A stretch of DNA of 64,000 nucleotides from Smithellaceae bacterium (GCA_963667845.2 CAXXVL010000002.1:800001-864000), one strand, 5' to 3'; shown: positions 22,345-33,569, counted from the stretch's first letter. The notes: a model not told the origin generated them from the letters alone. Numbers and translations are program-made.

Positions 22345-23481
22345 TCATTTTCCCCTTTTCTTTTTCATCATTTCAACAAACTGAGAAAACAAATATTCCG
22401 TATCGCGCGGCCCCGGCGCAGCTTCTGGATGGTACTGTACGCTCATCGTTCCGGACAGCCTCATACCTTCGGAGGTCGCGTCATTTAAATTTGTAAAAGA
22501 TTTATCGGCTTTGCTCTCGATAGATTCCGGAACGACGACAAACCCATGATTTTGAGATGTGATTTCGATTCTGCCTGTTTCCAGGTTTTTGACCGGCTGG
22601 TTGATGCCATGATGGCCGAATTTCAGTTTGGAGGTATAGCCGCCGATGGCCTGACCGATAATCTGATGACCCAGGCAAATACCAAAGACCGGGGTCCGTT
22701 CCATGACCGTTTGCGCCGCTTCTACGATATAGGGGAGCGCCGCCGGATCACCGGGACCATTGGAGAGCAATACGCCATCCGGCTGGTAGGACATGATCTC
22801 GCCCCCGGAAGCTGTCGCCGGCACGACCACCACTTCGCAGCCGTTCTTTTCCAGAAGTCTTAAAATGTTATATTTAACACCGCAGTCCAGAACAACGACC
22901 CGCAATTTTTTGGCTGGTTTCTTAGCGGGAATCTTGCTTCGGGAAGGTGCGCCTTTTTTCCAGAGATAGGGTTTTGAACAGGAAACTTCGCGGACAAGGT
23001 CCCGCCCGATCAGACCCGGGTACACCCTGACTTTTTCCAGCAGTTCTGCGATATTTTTTATCTCGGTCGAAATAATACCCTTCATGGCGCCGGACAGGCG
23101 CAGGCGACGTGTCAGCGCGCGCGTATCGATGCCTTCCAAACCGATTTTTCCGGAATCTTCCAGGAAGGATTTCAGACTTTTCGTCATCCGCCAATTGCTG
23201 GGGTTTCCCTGATATTCTTTGACAATAAAGCCTTCGAGATGAATTGCTGCGGATTCCATATCTTCGTCATTAATGCCGTAATTACCGACGAGCGGATAAG
23301 TCATGGTGACGATCTGCCCTTTATAGGACGGATCGGTAATCACTTCCTGATACCCGGTCATCCCGGTATTGAAGACGACTTCCCCCAGTGTTATACCCGC
23401 GCCCGCAAAAGCAAAACCATTAAAGACACTGCCGTCTTCCAGGACCAACAGGGCTTTACGATCTTTTCTTAACAGGGACAT
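22345..23481 (-). CDS. carA: Carbamoyl-phosphate synthase small subunit
   Basis: [44 protein letters not shown]. Confidence 0.98.
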   Translation of the reverse strand: MSLLRKDRKALLVLEDGSVFNGFAFAGAGITLGEVVFNTGMTGYQEVITDPSYKGQIVTMTYPLVGNYGINDEDMESAAIHLEGFIVKEYQGNPSNWRMTKSLKSFLEDSGKIGLEGIDTRALTRRLRLSGAMKGIISTEIKNIAELLEKVRVYPGLIGRDLVREVSCSKPYLWKKGAPSRSKIPAKKPAKKLRVVVLDCGVKYNILRLLEKNGCEVVVVPATASGGEIMSYQPDGVLLSNGPGDPAALPYIVEAAQTVMERTPVFGICLGHQIIGQAIGGYTSKLKFGHHGINQPVKNLETGRIEITSQNHGFVVVPESIESKADKSFTNLNDATSEGMRLSGTMSVQYHPEAAPGPRDTEYLFSQFVEMMKKKRGK

Positions 23482-23651
23482 TTAATTTTCTTCTCCAACA
23501 GCAAATACTTAGGGGCTTTTACCAGACCAATCGATCATTTCCGGAAATCAAGGGACCGCATTAGCGGTTTGGAACATTCTTAATCTTTTTCCATCTTGAA
23601 GGCAGAGGCTTCTATCTCGTTTTCCTATTCTCGTCAATCAATAAACATCTG

Positions 23652-23683
23652 AACGTCGGGAACGGACATCCGTTCCCGACGTT
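23652..23683. repeat. Perfect 15-bp inverted repeat just downstream of glutamine synthetase (REP-like / terminator)
   Basis: aacgtcgggaacgga-ca-tccgttcccgacgtt. Confidence 0.75.
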
Positions 23684-23690
23684 TGTTAAA

Positions 23691-25862
23691 TCAGCAGATA
23701 AACAGCATCTCCCAGAACTTCGGCAGAGGCCAGGTTTCATCTTCAACAAGATTTTCCAAAGCATCCACGTATTCTCGAAGTTCGTCCATCTTCGGCTTGA
23801 CTTTGGAGCAGAGAGTTTCCGCTTTTTTCGCTTCGTCATGAATGGCATTGGCTGCGTCAACCTTGGACAGAATTTCCTTATTGATCGAATAAATATTATT
23901 GACCAGGTCAACAACTTTCTTCAAAATTTCCGCTTCGGCCGAAACAACCGCCGCCGTGCCCAGCACCTCTTTTGTGGCGATAATTGTTTTGGCTATCGTC
24001 TTTTGATAGGCGATTGCCGCCGGAATCACCTGGTTTAAGCAGATATTGCTGAGGCATTTAACTTCAATTTCCAGATCCTTGATATATTTTTCCAGGTAAA
24101 TAATATAACGGGAATTCAGTTCCACTTTTGACAGAACCTGATATTTTTCAAAAAGATTCAAAGCCTTATCAGTTACGAGCGCCTTCAGAGCCACAGGCGT
24201 TGTCTTATTATTCGGCAGACCTCTTTTGCCGGCTTCGGCCTCCCATTCGCTTGTGTAGTTATCCCCGTTGAAAAGAATTCTCTTGATATCTTTGATCTCG
24301 CTTTTCAAAACTTCAAACACTGCCTGATTAATATTTTTGGATTCCTTGGCTTTAATTTTTTCCGCCAGATAATCAAGGCTTTCCGCAACGATGGTATTGA
24401 TGACCGCTGCCGGGAATGAAATGGACTGCGATGAACCCACAGCGCGGAATTCAAATTTATTGCCGGTAAAAGCAAAAGGCGACGTCCTGTTGCGGTCGGT
24501 ATTGTCTTTGCTGACCTGAGGTAAAGCGGAAATACCCAGATCGATAATTTCGGCGTTTGTTGCTTTGGTTACCGTGCCTTTCTCGATGCAGGAAAGAATG
24601 TCCGTCAGCTGCTCCCCGAGGAAAATGGAGATAATCGCCGGCGGGGCTTCGTTGGCGCCGAGTCTGTGATCATTGGCATAAGAAGCAACGGAGGCGCGCA
24701 AGACATCAGCATGTTTATAGACGGCGCGCACCGTGGCGATCAGGAACACCAGAAACTGAATATTATCCTGCGGCGTCTTGCCGGGATTCAAGAGATTGTT
24801 GCCGTTGTTATCGGAAAGCGACCAGTTGACATGCTTCCCTGAACCATTTATTTTCGCAAAGGGCTTTTCGTGGAGCAGGCAGGCCAGATTATGTTTTTTA
24901 GCAACAGACTTCATGGTGTCCATAACGATCTGGTTATGATCCACTGCCAGATTGGCTTCTTCATACACAGGAGCCAGTTCGAACTGGGAAGGCGCCACTT
25001 CGTTGTGCCTCGTCTTGGCCGGAACGCCCAGCTTGAAAAGCTCTTCTTCCATATCGTGCATGTAGGACGAAATTCGCTCCTTGATGCTGCCGAAATACTG
25101 ATCTTCCAGTTCCTGTCCTTTGGCCGGTGGAGCACCGACAACCGCTCTACCGCCTAAAACGAGATCCTGCCGTTTGAAAAAATAATCCATATCAATCAGA
25201 AAATATTCCTGCTCGGGTCCCAAATTCGAGTAAACCTTTTTGACATTCTTGGTACCCAGGAGCTTCAGCATATTCACGGCACTTTTGCTGACTGCACGGT
25301 CCGAGCGCAAGAGCGGGGTCTTCTTATCCAGCGCTTCACCGGTATAAGAAATAAAAGCGGTCGGAATACACAGGGTTGTGGAAATGCCGTTTCTTTTAAT
25401 GAAGGCCGGCGATGACATATCCCAGGCCGTATAGCCTCTGGCTTCGAAAGTTGCCCGAATGCCGCCGGACGGGAAGCTTGATGCGTCCGGCTCCCCCTGA
25501 ACCAGCTGCTTACCGGAAAATCTCTCCACGACTTCGCCAATGCCTGACGGATCAGCAAACGCATCGTGCTTTTCGGCGGTGATGCCGGTCATGGGCTGAA
25601 ACCAGTGGGCAAAATGCGTCGCGCCTTTTTCGATGGCCCATTCCTTCATGGCATGCGCAACGATGTTGGCTGTTTCGGCATCCAGCATTTTATCTTCATT
25701 CATGGCTTCCATTAATTTCTTAAAGGTATCTTTGGGAAGCTTTTCTTTCATGACCCGGTGATTGAAGGTATCCTCCCCGAAATACTCCGACACGGGAACG
25801 AACTTTTCTTTTTCGATAACGTATTGTCTTTCCGCCGCAAGAGTTGGTCCTGTTTGTTTCAT
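23691..25862 (-). CDS. glnA: Glutamine synthetase type III
   Basis: 723 aa; AEKHDAF, EPDASSF, HNEVAPSQFE, NGSGKH, HRLGANEAPP, DRNRTSPFAFTGNKFEFR. Confidence 0.97.
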   Translation of the reverse strand: MKQTGPTLAAERQYVIEKEKFVPVSEYFGEDTFNHRVMKEKLPKDTFKKLMEAMNEDKMLDAETANIVAHAMKEWAIEKGATHFAHWFQPMTGITAEKHDAFADPSGIGEVVERFSGKQLVQGEPDASSFPSGGIRATFEARGYTAWDMSSPAFIKRNGISTTLCIPTAFISYTGEALDKKTPLLRSDRAVSKSAVNMLKLLGTKNVKKVYSNLGPEQEYFLIDMDYFFKRQDLVLGGRAVVGAPPAKGQELEDQYFGSIKERISSYMHDMEEELFKLGVPAKTRHNEVAPSQFELAPVYEEANLAVDHNQIVMDTMKSVAKKHNLACLLHEKPFAKINGSGKHVNWSLSDNNGNNLLNPGKTPQDNIQFLVFLIATVRAVYKHADVLRASVASYANDHRLGANEAPPAIISIFLGEQLTDILSCIEKGTVTKATNAEIIDLGISALPQVSKDNTDRNRTSPFAFTGNKFEFRAVGSSQSISFPAAVINTIVAESLDYLAEKIKAKESKNINQAVFEVLKSEIKDIKRILFNGDNYTSEWEAEAGKRGLPNNKTTPVALKALVTDKALNLFEKYQVLSKVELNSRYIIYLEKYIKDLEIEVKCLSNICLNQVIPAAIAYQKTIAKTIIATKEVLGTAAVVSAEAEILKKVVDLVNNIYSINKEILSKVDAANAIHDEAKKAETLCSKVKPKMDELREYVDALENLVEDETWPLPKFWEMLFIC

Positions 25863-25895
25863 AATTTATCCATCCTTCTTTAATAAAATAAGTGT

Positions 25896-28232
25896 TTATT
25901 CTAAAGGTGTATTCCCCACGATTTCCCAAACGCCGGTGGGACAGGCTCCGGCGCAGAAACCGCAACCGATGCAAAGTTCACTGTCCACGATATATTCAAA
26001 ACCGCCCGCCTGTGTCTGCGAGCGGGAAATTGCTTTTTGCGGACAGATCTCCTCGCACATTCCGCAGTCCCGGCAGGCGCCGCAGGACGCACAATTTGTC
26101 GCGCAGGATGCCGTATCGGCAAACTCGCCTACCCGGGGATCGAAATACTGCAATTTTATCCGTTCATATTTAATGGCTGGCAACTTGTCATACGTTTGGT
26201 CCTCTCCTCTCAGGAGATCATTAATCGCCCGCGCGGCAATGCGCCCCGCCCCGATGGCGTCCGTTAACAGTCCGGGACGGACGGCGTCGCCGATCGCGTA
26301 AACCTGAGGATCGCTCGTGGCAAATGTTTCATCCACCACGATAAACCCCCTTTCGGTCTCAATGGCCTCCGGCAGAAAGGATAAATCCGGCACATCGCCC
26401 ACAGCGACGATCACCGTATCCGCCGGCAGCAGATCACCATCGGTCAGTTCCACGCCTTTATCCGTAACGGCTTTCGTAAAACGCGGCCATAAGAATTTCG
26501 CTCCTGCCGCCTCGGCATGCTGGCGCTCAACACCGAAGGAGGCGGGCGCCTGAACATCGATGAGCGTTACACTCTTTGCGCCCAGACGGAAAGCTTCCGT
26601 TGCCGCATCACAGCCGACATTGCCCGCGCCGATGACGACCACTTTTTCACCAACTTTTGCACGATCACATTTGCATTGCTGAAGAAACTCCAATGCGGTG
26701 AGAGTTTTTCCGATACCGGGGATATTCAATTTACGCGCTTTAGCCGCCCCCACCGCAACCACAATATAATCATTCTTAGTTTTAAGCTCTGAAAATTGAT
26801 CCTTCGTTAAGGGCTTGCCCAGATGCACCTGATGAATATTTCCGGCCAGTCTCTTGATCTCATGTTCGACAACCTCGTCGGGAATCCTGCTTTTCGGAAT
26901 CGAATCGGTTATCTTGCCGCCCAACTGCTTCTTACTTTCCAGGATCGCAACCTCATGACCTTTCAGCCACAGTTGCCACGCTACGGACAGCCCAGAGGCC
27001 CCGCCGCCGATGACGACGACTTTCTGACCGGTTTCCGGCTGACGCGCCGGTTCCTTCGCCAAAAGAGACGCTTTGCCCAGCAGTTTAACATCGACCGCCT
27101 GAAGGCTCACCAGCGATCGTGTACAGTTTTGCATACAGAGGTTAGGACAGAGATAGCCGCAGACGGTCGCCGGAAACGGCGTATATTCCAGAGCCAGGTT
27201 CACCGCTTCATCGAGTTTACCCTGACGGATGAGTTCCCATCGTTTCTGGACAGGAATTCCCGTCGGACAGGCTGCCTGACAGGGCGGTAGATATTTCTCA
27301 TTGGCCCAGACGGGGATAAAACGCCGCAAATCGCCTGTTGTGAGAAGACCGATCGGTGACCGGTCCAGATTGGACAGATCGCCGATAACGCCGCCTTTGC
27401 CCAGTTCGCCTTCCCAGATTTCCTTGCGGTATTTCGCCATCGGACGCACGGCGCGCGCCAGTTTCTCCGAAGGCTTGCGCGCCACCAGCAGCTGCCATTC
27501 TTCACGATGCGAAGCCAGTTGATCAAATAAATAGTGCTTGCCGATGGCCTGCAAAAAGCGGTTCATGTTTTCCTGCAACCATTGCCATTCGTCTTCGGGC
27601 AAGTCGGTGAGCAATTTCGCGTCGGCCTTGCTGTAAGCCTCCTGATGGCCGCGGAAGAAAATTTTCCCTCCCACCATGCCGACACAGGGACGGTAACTCA
27701 AAATATTCTTTTCTTCTTCGGCGCCCGCGCCGCAGACAACGGCAATGCCGCCGGCCATGAATTCAGCGAACGAATCTCCCACCTTGCCGAACACCCAGAG
27801 CTCCGGAGGTTCGAAGCGGGGGTTGTGCTTGGTCATGGTCATTCCACGCGCGCCGATGTCGCCGTCAATATACACTCTGCCCTGTGCCATGGCGTTGGCC
27901 ACACCATTGGTCGCATTGCCGTGCACAATGATTTGCGCGCCGGCGTTCAGCCAGCCGACATCATCGGATGCCGGGCCGAACGCTTCAACGACTGTATTGG
28001 CAAACCCCATCGAGCCCAGACGTTGGCCGGATGTTCCCAATACGTTAACTTTGACCGGCTGATTTCCGGACCGCCACAGGCGACCACCAATGCCATGTTG
28101 ACCAAAAGCGGTCACTTCTATTTGACGGAATCCTTCTTGAACGGCCTTTTGAATGCGTTCTTCCAGAATCCGCGAATCGATGCGAAGATTGTTTTCCACG
28201 CCGTTGATTTTAATTGAATCTTTTTTTGTCAT
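25896..28232 (-). CDS. Split glutamate synthase subunit: GXGXG domain + GltD-like FAD/NAD(P)H oxidoreductase + C-terminal ferredoxin
   Basis: GXGXG repeats (AEFMAGG, GMVGG), PCQAACP, GGGASG, GAGNVG, CxxC clusters at the C-terminus. Confidence 0.88.
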   Translation of the reverse strand: MTKKDSIKINGVENNLRIDSRILEERIQKAVQEGFRQIEVTAFGQHGIGGRLWRSGNQPVKVNVLGTSGQRLGSMGFANTVVEAFGPASDDVGWLNAGAQIIVHGNATNGVANAMAQGRVYIDGDIGARGMTMTKHNPRFEPPELWVFGKVGDSFAEFMAGGIAVVCGAGAEEEKNILSYRPCVGMVGGKIFFRGHQEAYSKADAKLLTDLPEDEWQWLQENMNRFLQAIGKHYLFDQLASHREEWQLLVARKPSEKLARAVRPMAKYRKEIWEGELGKGGVIGDLSNLDRSPIGLLTTGDLRRFIPVWANEKYLPPCQAACPTGIPVQKRWELIRQGKLDEAVNLALEYTPFPATVCGYLCPNLCMQNCTRSLVSLQAVDVKLLGKASLLAKEPARQPETGQKVVVIGGGASGLSVAWQLWLKGHEVAILESKKQLGGKITDSIPKSRIPDEVVEHEIKRLAGNIHQVHLGKPLTKDQFSELKTKNDYIVVAVGAAKARKLNIPGIGKTLTALEFLQQCKCDRAKVGEKVVVIGAGNVGCDAATEAFRLGAKSVTLIDVQAPASFGVERQHAEAAGAKFLWPRFTKAVTDKGVELTDGDLLPADTVIVAVGDVPDLSFLPEAIETERGFIVVDETFATSDPQVYAIGDAVRPGLLTDAIGAGRIAARAINDLLRGEDQTYDKLPAIKYERIKLQYFDPRVGEFADTASCATNCASCGACRDCGMCEEICPQKAISRSQTQAGGFEYIVDSELCIGCGFCAGACPTGVWEIVGNTPLE

Positions 28233-28253
28233 GGTGTTTCCCTGATTCCCGCT

Positions 28254-29888
28254 TTACAAAACGTATTTGATTTTTAATCGCTCGGCTGCATCGGCATCAT
28301 TAATCCCCAGTGCATCCGACATACCGATCGGCAGCGACGTGGAGCGCCCCAGCGGTGCGACAATTTTCTTCAATTCCGTGTCAAACGTTAAATACATATC
28401 CACGACTCTCTGGGCAACCTTTTCCGGGTCCAGACGGCGATCAAGCCGCGGATCCTGCGAGGTGATGCCCTTGGGGCATAATCCGATATTACACACATTG
28501 CACCGGTCGGCTTCCGAACCCAGACAGCCGGCGGCGGCCTGCATGACATATTTCCCCGTCTGCACACCGCTTGCGCCCAGCATGATCAAAGCGGCGGCGT
28601 TGGCGGCCAGATTGCCGTTTTTGCCGACGCCGCCGCCGGCGAAGAGGGGAATCTCGTTTTGTTTGCCCAGTTTGACCAGGGTCAAATATGCATCGCGCAC
28701 ATTGCTGGCGATGGGATGACCCATGTGATCCATGGATACGTTGTAAGCCGCGCCCGTTCCTCCGTCTTCACCATCGATCGCCAGACCTGCGGCATACGGA
28801 TTCCGGGTCAAATTATTAAGGACGGCCATCGCCGTGCTGGTCGCGGATATTTTTGGATACACCGGCACGCGGAATCCCCAGGCCATGGACATGGACTGGA
28901 TCATCTTGGCCACCGCTTCTTCAATCGAATACTTGGTCTGATGCGTGGGCGGACTGGGCAGACTGATGCCTTGCGGCACGCCGCGAATCGCGGCAATCAG
29001 CTTATTGACTTTATACCACATCAGAAGTCCGCCGTCTCCGGGCTTGGCGCCCTGGCCATATTTAATTTCAATCGCACACGGATCTTCCTTCATCTCGGGC
29101 AGATTATGAATAATTTCATCCCAGCCAAAATAGCCGCTGGCGATTTGCAGAATCACGTATTTCAGGAAACGCGATTTTAACAGCCGCGGAGGACAACCGC
29201 CTTCTCCGGTACAAATCCGCACCGGCATACCCAGCTCTTCATTCAGATAGGCCACACCCATTTGGAGGCCTTCCCACATGTTCGGCGACAGCGCGCCAAA
29301 CGACATGCTGCCGATAACGAGCGGATAAATTTCGCGAACCGGCGGCATCCAGCCTTCTTCCCGGTTGACTTTCAGCATCTCTTCCGGCGGCAGCACCCTG
29401 CCCAGCAGCGTGCGCAGTTCAAATTCGTGTCGTCCGGCATCAAGCGCCGGGTCGGTCAGCATCGAAATACGGACAAACTTGATTTTATCGAGGACACTAT
29501 CCGGATTATTCCGGCGGCCACCGCGCCGACGCGGCTCTCCACCCTGATTGACATGAAAACGCAGCTTGTCAATTCCTTCGGCGTGCATCGGCGCAATCGC
29601 GCCGTTGGGGCACACCATGGTGCACATGCCGCAACCGACGCACGCGTGAGCCGGATCGGTGTGCTGGTCGATGCCGTGATAAACCGAGAAAAGGTTCCCG
29701 GGCTTCGTTCCCAGGCCAACCGGCACCTGCAGACTGCGTTTGCGATGGACACCCAGATCAATCGCACGTACCGGACAGACGGTTGTACAGCCACCGCACA
29801 ATGTACATTTTTCTTTATTCCAGAGGATCTGCCAGGGCAAGTCCTTGGTGCTTAGTGTAGATGGGGTAATGCATCCCATTGATTCCAT
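28254..29888 (-). CDS. Split glutamate synthase FMN-binding subunit with N-terminal 2x[4Fe-4S]
   Basis: SMSFGALS, TGEGG, QIASG, EIKYGQGAKPGDGG, DGEDGGTGA, CNIGLCPKGITSQDP. Confidence 0.92.
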   Translation of the reverse strand: MESMGCITPSTLSTKDLPWQILWNKEKCTLCGGCTTVCPVRAIDLGVHRKRSLQVPVGLGTKPGNLFSVYHGIDQHTDPAHACVGCGMCTMVCPNGAIAPMHAEGIDKLRFHVNQGGEPRRRGGRRNNPDSVLDKIKFVRISMLTDPALDAGRHEFELRTLLGRVLPPEEMLKVNREEGWMPPVREIYPLVIGSMSFGALSPNMWEGLQMGVAYLNEELGMPVRICTGEGGCPPRLLKSRFLKYVILQIASGYFGWDEIIHNLPEMKEDPCAIEIKYGQGAKPGDGGLLMWYKVNKLIAAIRGVPQGISLPSPPTHQTKYSIEEAVAKMIQSMSMAWGFRVPVYPKISATSTAMAVLNNLTRNPYAAGLAIDGEDGGTGAAYNVSMDHMGHPIASNVRDAYLTLVKLGKQNEIPLFAGGGVGKNGNLAANAAALIMLGASGVQTGKYVMQAAAGCLGSEADRCNVCNIGLCPKGITSQDPRLDRRLDPEKVAQRVVDMYLTFDTELKKIVAPLGRSTSLPIGMSDALGINDADAAERLKIKYVL

Positions 29889-30982
29889 TTTTCTATCTCC
29901 TGCCGCTCGCGGCGGACTATAACAGTTTCATATCTCATTGGCTGGTCATCCAGATTAATGTCCCGCTCGGGAATGGCTGCATCCAGACCGCACATTTCCG
30001 ACGAAAAGGCGAAAATGCCCGGACGTCCTCCGACCACGCCGGGGCGCAGTTTCTTGGAATCCTGCACCATGAACATCGACTTGTCCGGCAGGCAGCCGAT
30101 GACGCAGTTCGGACCGTCGATAATCAGCGGCCGGCAGCTTTGCTTCAACCTTCGCAGGAGCTTGCCGTCGGGATGTTTTACGAGTTCGTCATCCTTCAGC
30201 GGTGTAATGATATGTTTGTACATTTCCATGCTGAGACCAAGCTTCGTTTGCATGTAATGCAGGATGTGCGTAAAGACTTCCGAGTCGGACTTGTAGCCCA
30301 CGTAACCGGGAAAATTGCGCGACATCAGGAATTCGCGAATCGGCACAAAGGCCGTATTCTCGCCATTGGTCATGGTGGACATCCCCTGGATGAAGAAAGG
30401 ATGACAAGCGTAGATATCGATCGAGTAGTTGGTATTCTGGCGTCCCTGGCTCAGGATGGTGCGCGCCGACAGCTCTTTGCGGTCGAGCCCCAGATATTGG
30501 GCCACGGTTAAAGGGTCACCCACTTCCTTGATCATAATGACATCCGGCCAAAAACTGAAAATCAGCATCGACTTGTCTTTCTCGCCCTTTTCCTGAAGTT
30601 GCAACTGCACCATCATCAGGCGAAACTGAATTTCTTCCTGGCTTAAGCCTTCCCAGTCCGCGGGGTATTCATACACGCGAATGACGTAATTATCTCTCTT
30701 GGGTGTACCCGCCGGCGTTGATTTCGTGGGGCGGAAGGACAGCTTGTATTTGACCATGAAATCGAGATCGATCATGAAGCGGTCGAGCGCCTTGATTCCC
30801 TCATTGGAAAATATGCCGGACAGAATCGGCTCATTTTTGAATTTTTCAAATTCGCCGCCCAGATCCGTTAAAAATAATCCCACACCGGAACCATCGTGCC
30901 CTTCTTTCATGACATTGAGCGCATTGATGGCCATCATCGGTGATAGTGGATCATTGCTGGTTACTGCAAACAAACGACACAT
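29852..30982 (-). CDS. Split glutamate synthase class II glutamine amidotransferase subunit
   Basis: N-terminal MCRLF nucleophile Cys, HPFF, TNGEN, SDSE, LRP. Confidence 0.9.
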   Translation of the reverse strand: MCRLFAVTSNDPLSPMMAINALNVMKEGHDGSGVGLFLTDLGGEFEKFKNEPILSGIFSNEGIKALDRFMIDLDFMVKYKLSFRPTKSTPAGTPKRDNYVIRVYEYPADWEGLSQEEIQFRLMMVQLQLQEKGEKDKSMLIFSFWPDVIMIKEVGDPLTVAQYLGLDRKELSARTILSQGRQNTNYSIDIYACHPFFIQGMSTMTNGENTAFVPIREFLMSRNFPGYVGYKSDSEVFTHILHYMQTKLGLSMEMYKHIITPLKDDELVKHPDGKLLRRLKQSCRPLIIDGPNCVIGCLPDKSMFMVQDSKKLRPGVVGGRPGIFAFSSEMCGLDAAIPERDINLDDQPMRYETVIVRRERQEIEKWNQWDALPHLH

Positions 30983-31037
30983 AAAGATTTTACCTCCCTC
31001 ACCGCCGCATTCGAGCTTGGAACGGCGGAATGATAAT

Positions 31038-31054
31038 TGCCAAGATCATGCCAG
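31038..31054 (-). promoter_or_regulatory. Sigma-54 (-24/-12) promoter of the glutamate synthase-glnA operon
   Basis: CTGGCATGATCTTGGCA = GG-N10-GC, ~55 nt upstream of the start codon, next to a sigma-54 activator gene. Confidence 0.75.
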
Positions 31055-31067
31055 AATCAACGATTTA
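31055..31067 (+). promoter_or_regulatory. IHF binding site
   Basis: AATCAACGATTTA matches WATCAANNNNTTR exactly and abuts the -24 box. Confidence 0.6.
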
Positions 31068-31137
31068 CAGCGTATTGTTTAATTATCCGTTATACCGACT
31101 TATTTTCTCCAATCGGCTACTTGTCTGTTTTCAGATG

Positions 31138-31182
31138 AGAACAATTTTGTAATTTTATAATAAATATGGACATTATTGTTCT
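31138..31182. promoter_or_regulatory. Candidate enhancer (UAS): two ACA-N4-TGT boxes in inverted arrangement
   Basis: agaACAATTTTGT (31138-31150) and ACATTATTGTtct (31170-31182; reverse complement agaACAATAATGT). Confidence 0.5.
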
Positions 31183-31248
31183 ATTTCAATTTTTTCGTTT
31201 TTACAGCGGCAAGGATTTCAGAAAAACGGATAAACAGAACGTCTCCTA

Positions 31249-32778
31249 TCATTCGGAATCATTACTTTTTTTACGAAAGTGCTTCGGATCAATGCCCATC
31301 TTCGATATTTTATATTGGATAATGCGTTTGGTTGTACCCAGCATTTTGGCGGCTTTGGTCTGATTGCCTCCCGTCTCCTCCAGCGCGTCGATAATAAGCG
31401 ATCTCTCTTGCGCCTCGACAACTGAAGAGAGCTTGCTGCGATCTTTGCGATCCAGCTCTTTTTCCTTGAGCTGCAACGAGGGCGGCAGGTGGACTGTGTC
31501 TACGACATCCGTCTTGGTCAACAGCACGGCCCGCTCCATGCAGTTTTCCAGTTCGCGGACGTTTCCCGGCCACTTGTGCGATAAAAACACTTCGATGGCC
31601 GCCGTCGAAATTCTTTTCACGTTTTTGTTCATTTCCTTATTGTATTTCAAAAGAAAGTGATCAGCGAGGAGAATCACATCACTGCCTCGCTCACGCAAGG
31701 GCGGCAAATAAATGGGAAATACATTCAGCCGATAAAACAAATCCGCCCGGAAACGGTCGGCCAGAATATCCTGTTCCAGATTACGATTCGTGGCAGCGAT
31801 AATCCGCACATTGACATTGATCACCCGCGAAGAACCCAGAGGCTGAAAACGTTTTTCCTGTAATACCCGCAGAAGCTTGACCTGCGCGGCCGCTGAAAGC
31901 TCGCCCACCTCGTCCAGGAATATGGTCCCGCCGTTGGCTTCTTCAAAACGTCCCCGGCGTTGCTGCAGCGCCCCCGTAAACGCGCCTTTTTCGTGGCCAA
32001 ACAATTCACTTTCAATCAGCGTATCGGGAATCGCCGCGCAGTTTACCTGTACCAGCGGACCGCCTTTCCGCGGAGAATTATTATGAATAGCCCTGGCAAT
32101 CAGTTCCTTGCCTGTACCCGTTTCGCCGCTAATCAAAACCGTCGTGTTGGAATCAGCGACCTGTGCGACCTGACCGAAAACCTCCTGCATTGCCTTGGAA
32201 TGACCGATGATATCCATCGAAGGCGCGCGGGTTTCGCCGACAATTTTGCGCAAACGCCGATTTTCTTCTTCGAGCGCCCGAATATGGACTGCTTTGGCCA
32301 TCAACTCGGCAACTGATGAGAGAATGGCAAGCTCTTTATCCAGATTTTCAACCTGCTTCGCTGCTTTATCTGCAGACAAAACGCCGACAACACCCCCGTC
32401 ATAGATAATCGGAACGCATAAGAATGACAGTTCGGCCCGGTTCAGATGCCGCCTTGCACCAGTTCGATCGAGGAAATGTGTCTCCTGCCCGAGATTGGCC
32501 ACTGCCATAGGCCGGCCGGTTTCCGCCACCTTACCGGTAATTCCTTCGCCGGGCTTATACGTGACATCCAGCCCATCTATATTGAAGTCGTGGGCGATAT
32601 CCAGCCAGACCTCCTGCTTGTCGCGGTCTAAAAGCGAAATCATGCCGCGCTGCATCCCCAGACGCGAACTCATTTCGTTAAGAATTTGTTCCAGTTGATC
32701 ACGTAGATCTCCCGGTTGTGCCAAGATTTTGGCAATGGCATGGAGAGCCGCCAATTCATCAAAATTGTGAATACTCAA
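31249..32778 (-). CDS. Sigma-54-dependent enhancer-binding protein, GAF-AAA+-Fis HTH (NifA-like architecture)
   Basis: GEGITG in the GAF domain, [45 protein letters not shown]. Confidence 0.95.
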   Translation of the reverse strand: MSIHNFDELAALHAIAKILAQPGDLRDQLEQILNEMSSRLGMQRGMISLLDRDKQEVWLDIAHDFNIDGLDVTYKPGEGITGKVAETGRPMAVANLGQETHFLDRTGARRHLNRAELSFLCVPIIYDGGVVGVLSADKAAKQVENLDKELAILSSVAELMAKAVHIRALEEENRRLRKIVGETRAPSMDIIGHSKAMQEVFGQVAQVADSNTTVLISGETGTGKELIARAIHNNSPRKGGPLVQVNCAAIPDTLIESELFGHEKGAFTGALQQRRGRFEEANGGTIFLDEVGELSAAAQVKLLRVLQEKRFQPLGSSRVINVNVRIIAATNRNLEQDILADRFRADLFYRLNVFPIYLPPLRERGSDVILLADHFLLKYNKEMNKNVKRISTAAIEVFLSHKWPGNVRELENCMERAVLLTKTDVVDTVHLPPSLQLKEKELDRKDRSKLSSVVEAQERSLIIDALEETGGNQTKAAKMLGTTKRIIQYKISKMGIDPKHFRKKSNDSE

Positions 32779-33049
32779 TTTTTATCCCTTCTTTGAAGGT
32801 GTTTCTGACTTATCTCACATCAGACCCAGGACCTTAACAATATCTTGTAACAAAATTGTCCAAATCACAACCTCTATTTTGTAAACTAAACATGACTGTG
32901 CAAAGAGCAAACCAATTTTGGAACAAATGTGCGGAAAGCGACAAAGATTAATGGGCCGAGATGATAAGATAATGAATTAAAAAAGATTTTCTGAAAGGGA
33001 GTAGACGAATTCATTCCTTCCTGATTAGCTTAAGAAAGTAAGTCGTGAA

Positions 33050-33472
33050 TTAAGGGCGATTGGTTCTAGCGGCTCTTTTTAGCAGATGTTCCGCGTATTC
33101 CATGTCTATTCTCGTCGTGTGATTACGAACCCAGTCTTTCAGATAAACGACCATGTTAATTGCCAAATCCTGATCCCCTGCCTTGTAACTTTGAACAAAT
33201 TCTTCGACTTTTTCGATAAATTGCTGATGTTCTCGGCTGTGTGCCGCAAAACCGGGGAAGCTGGAATTCATCATTATAATATGTTCCTGATGGAAGTGAC
33301 CGGATATATATTCGATCAGGTTATTAAATACAGATAAAAAATCGCCGGAACCGCTCTCAAAAACATCTATGAGGTGATTAACCGTCTCAAAAAGCTTTTT
33401 GTGCTGATCATCAAGTATTTCCACATGAACACTATAAACCGGATCCCATTTGATGCGCTGCAGCTTTGTCAT
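33050..33472 (-). CDS. Bacteriohemerythrin
   Basis: LDDQH, HFHQE, HSREH, W..NHTTRID di-iron ligand pattern. AAGGAG RBS before ATG 33472. Confidence 0.9.
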   Translation of the reverse strand: MTKLQRIKWDPVYSVHVEILDDQHKKLFETVNHLIDVFESGSGDFLSVFNNLIEYISGHFHQEHIIMMNSSFPGFAAHSREHQQFIEKVEEFVQSYKAGDQDLAINMVVYLKDWVRNHTTRIDMEYAEHLLKRAARTNRP

Positions 33473-33569
33473 AACTTGTTGCTCCTTGTTCTTAAGCGTA
33501 TCATAAAAGAGCATTCTCGACCACTAAGAACAATTTTTTTCCATGAACTTTTTTATGTTCCCGACCGTC

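Noticed and set aside
23612..23914. 100-aa minus-strand ORF at the glnA end
   Set aside because: Alternate frame of glnA plus the palindrome
31249..32778. Calling the activator nifA
   Set aside because: No nif genes in the window and no TGT-N10-ACA site noticed; only the architecture is shared
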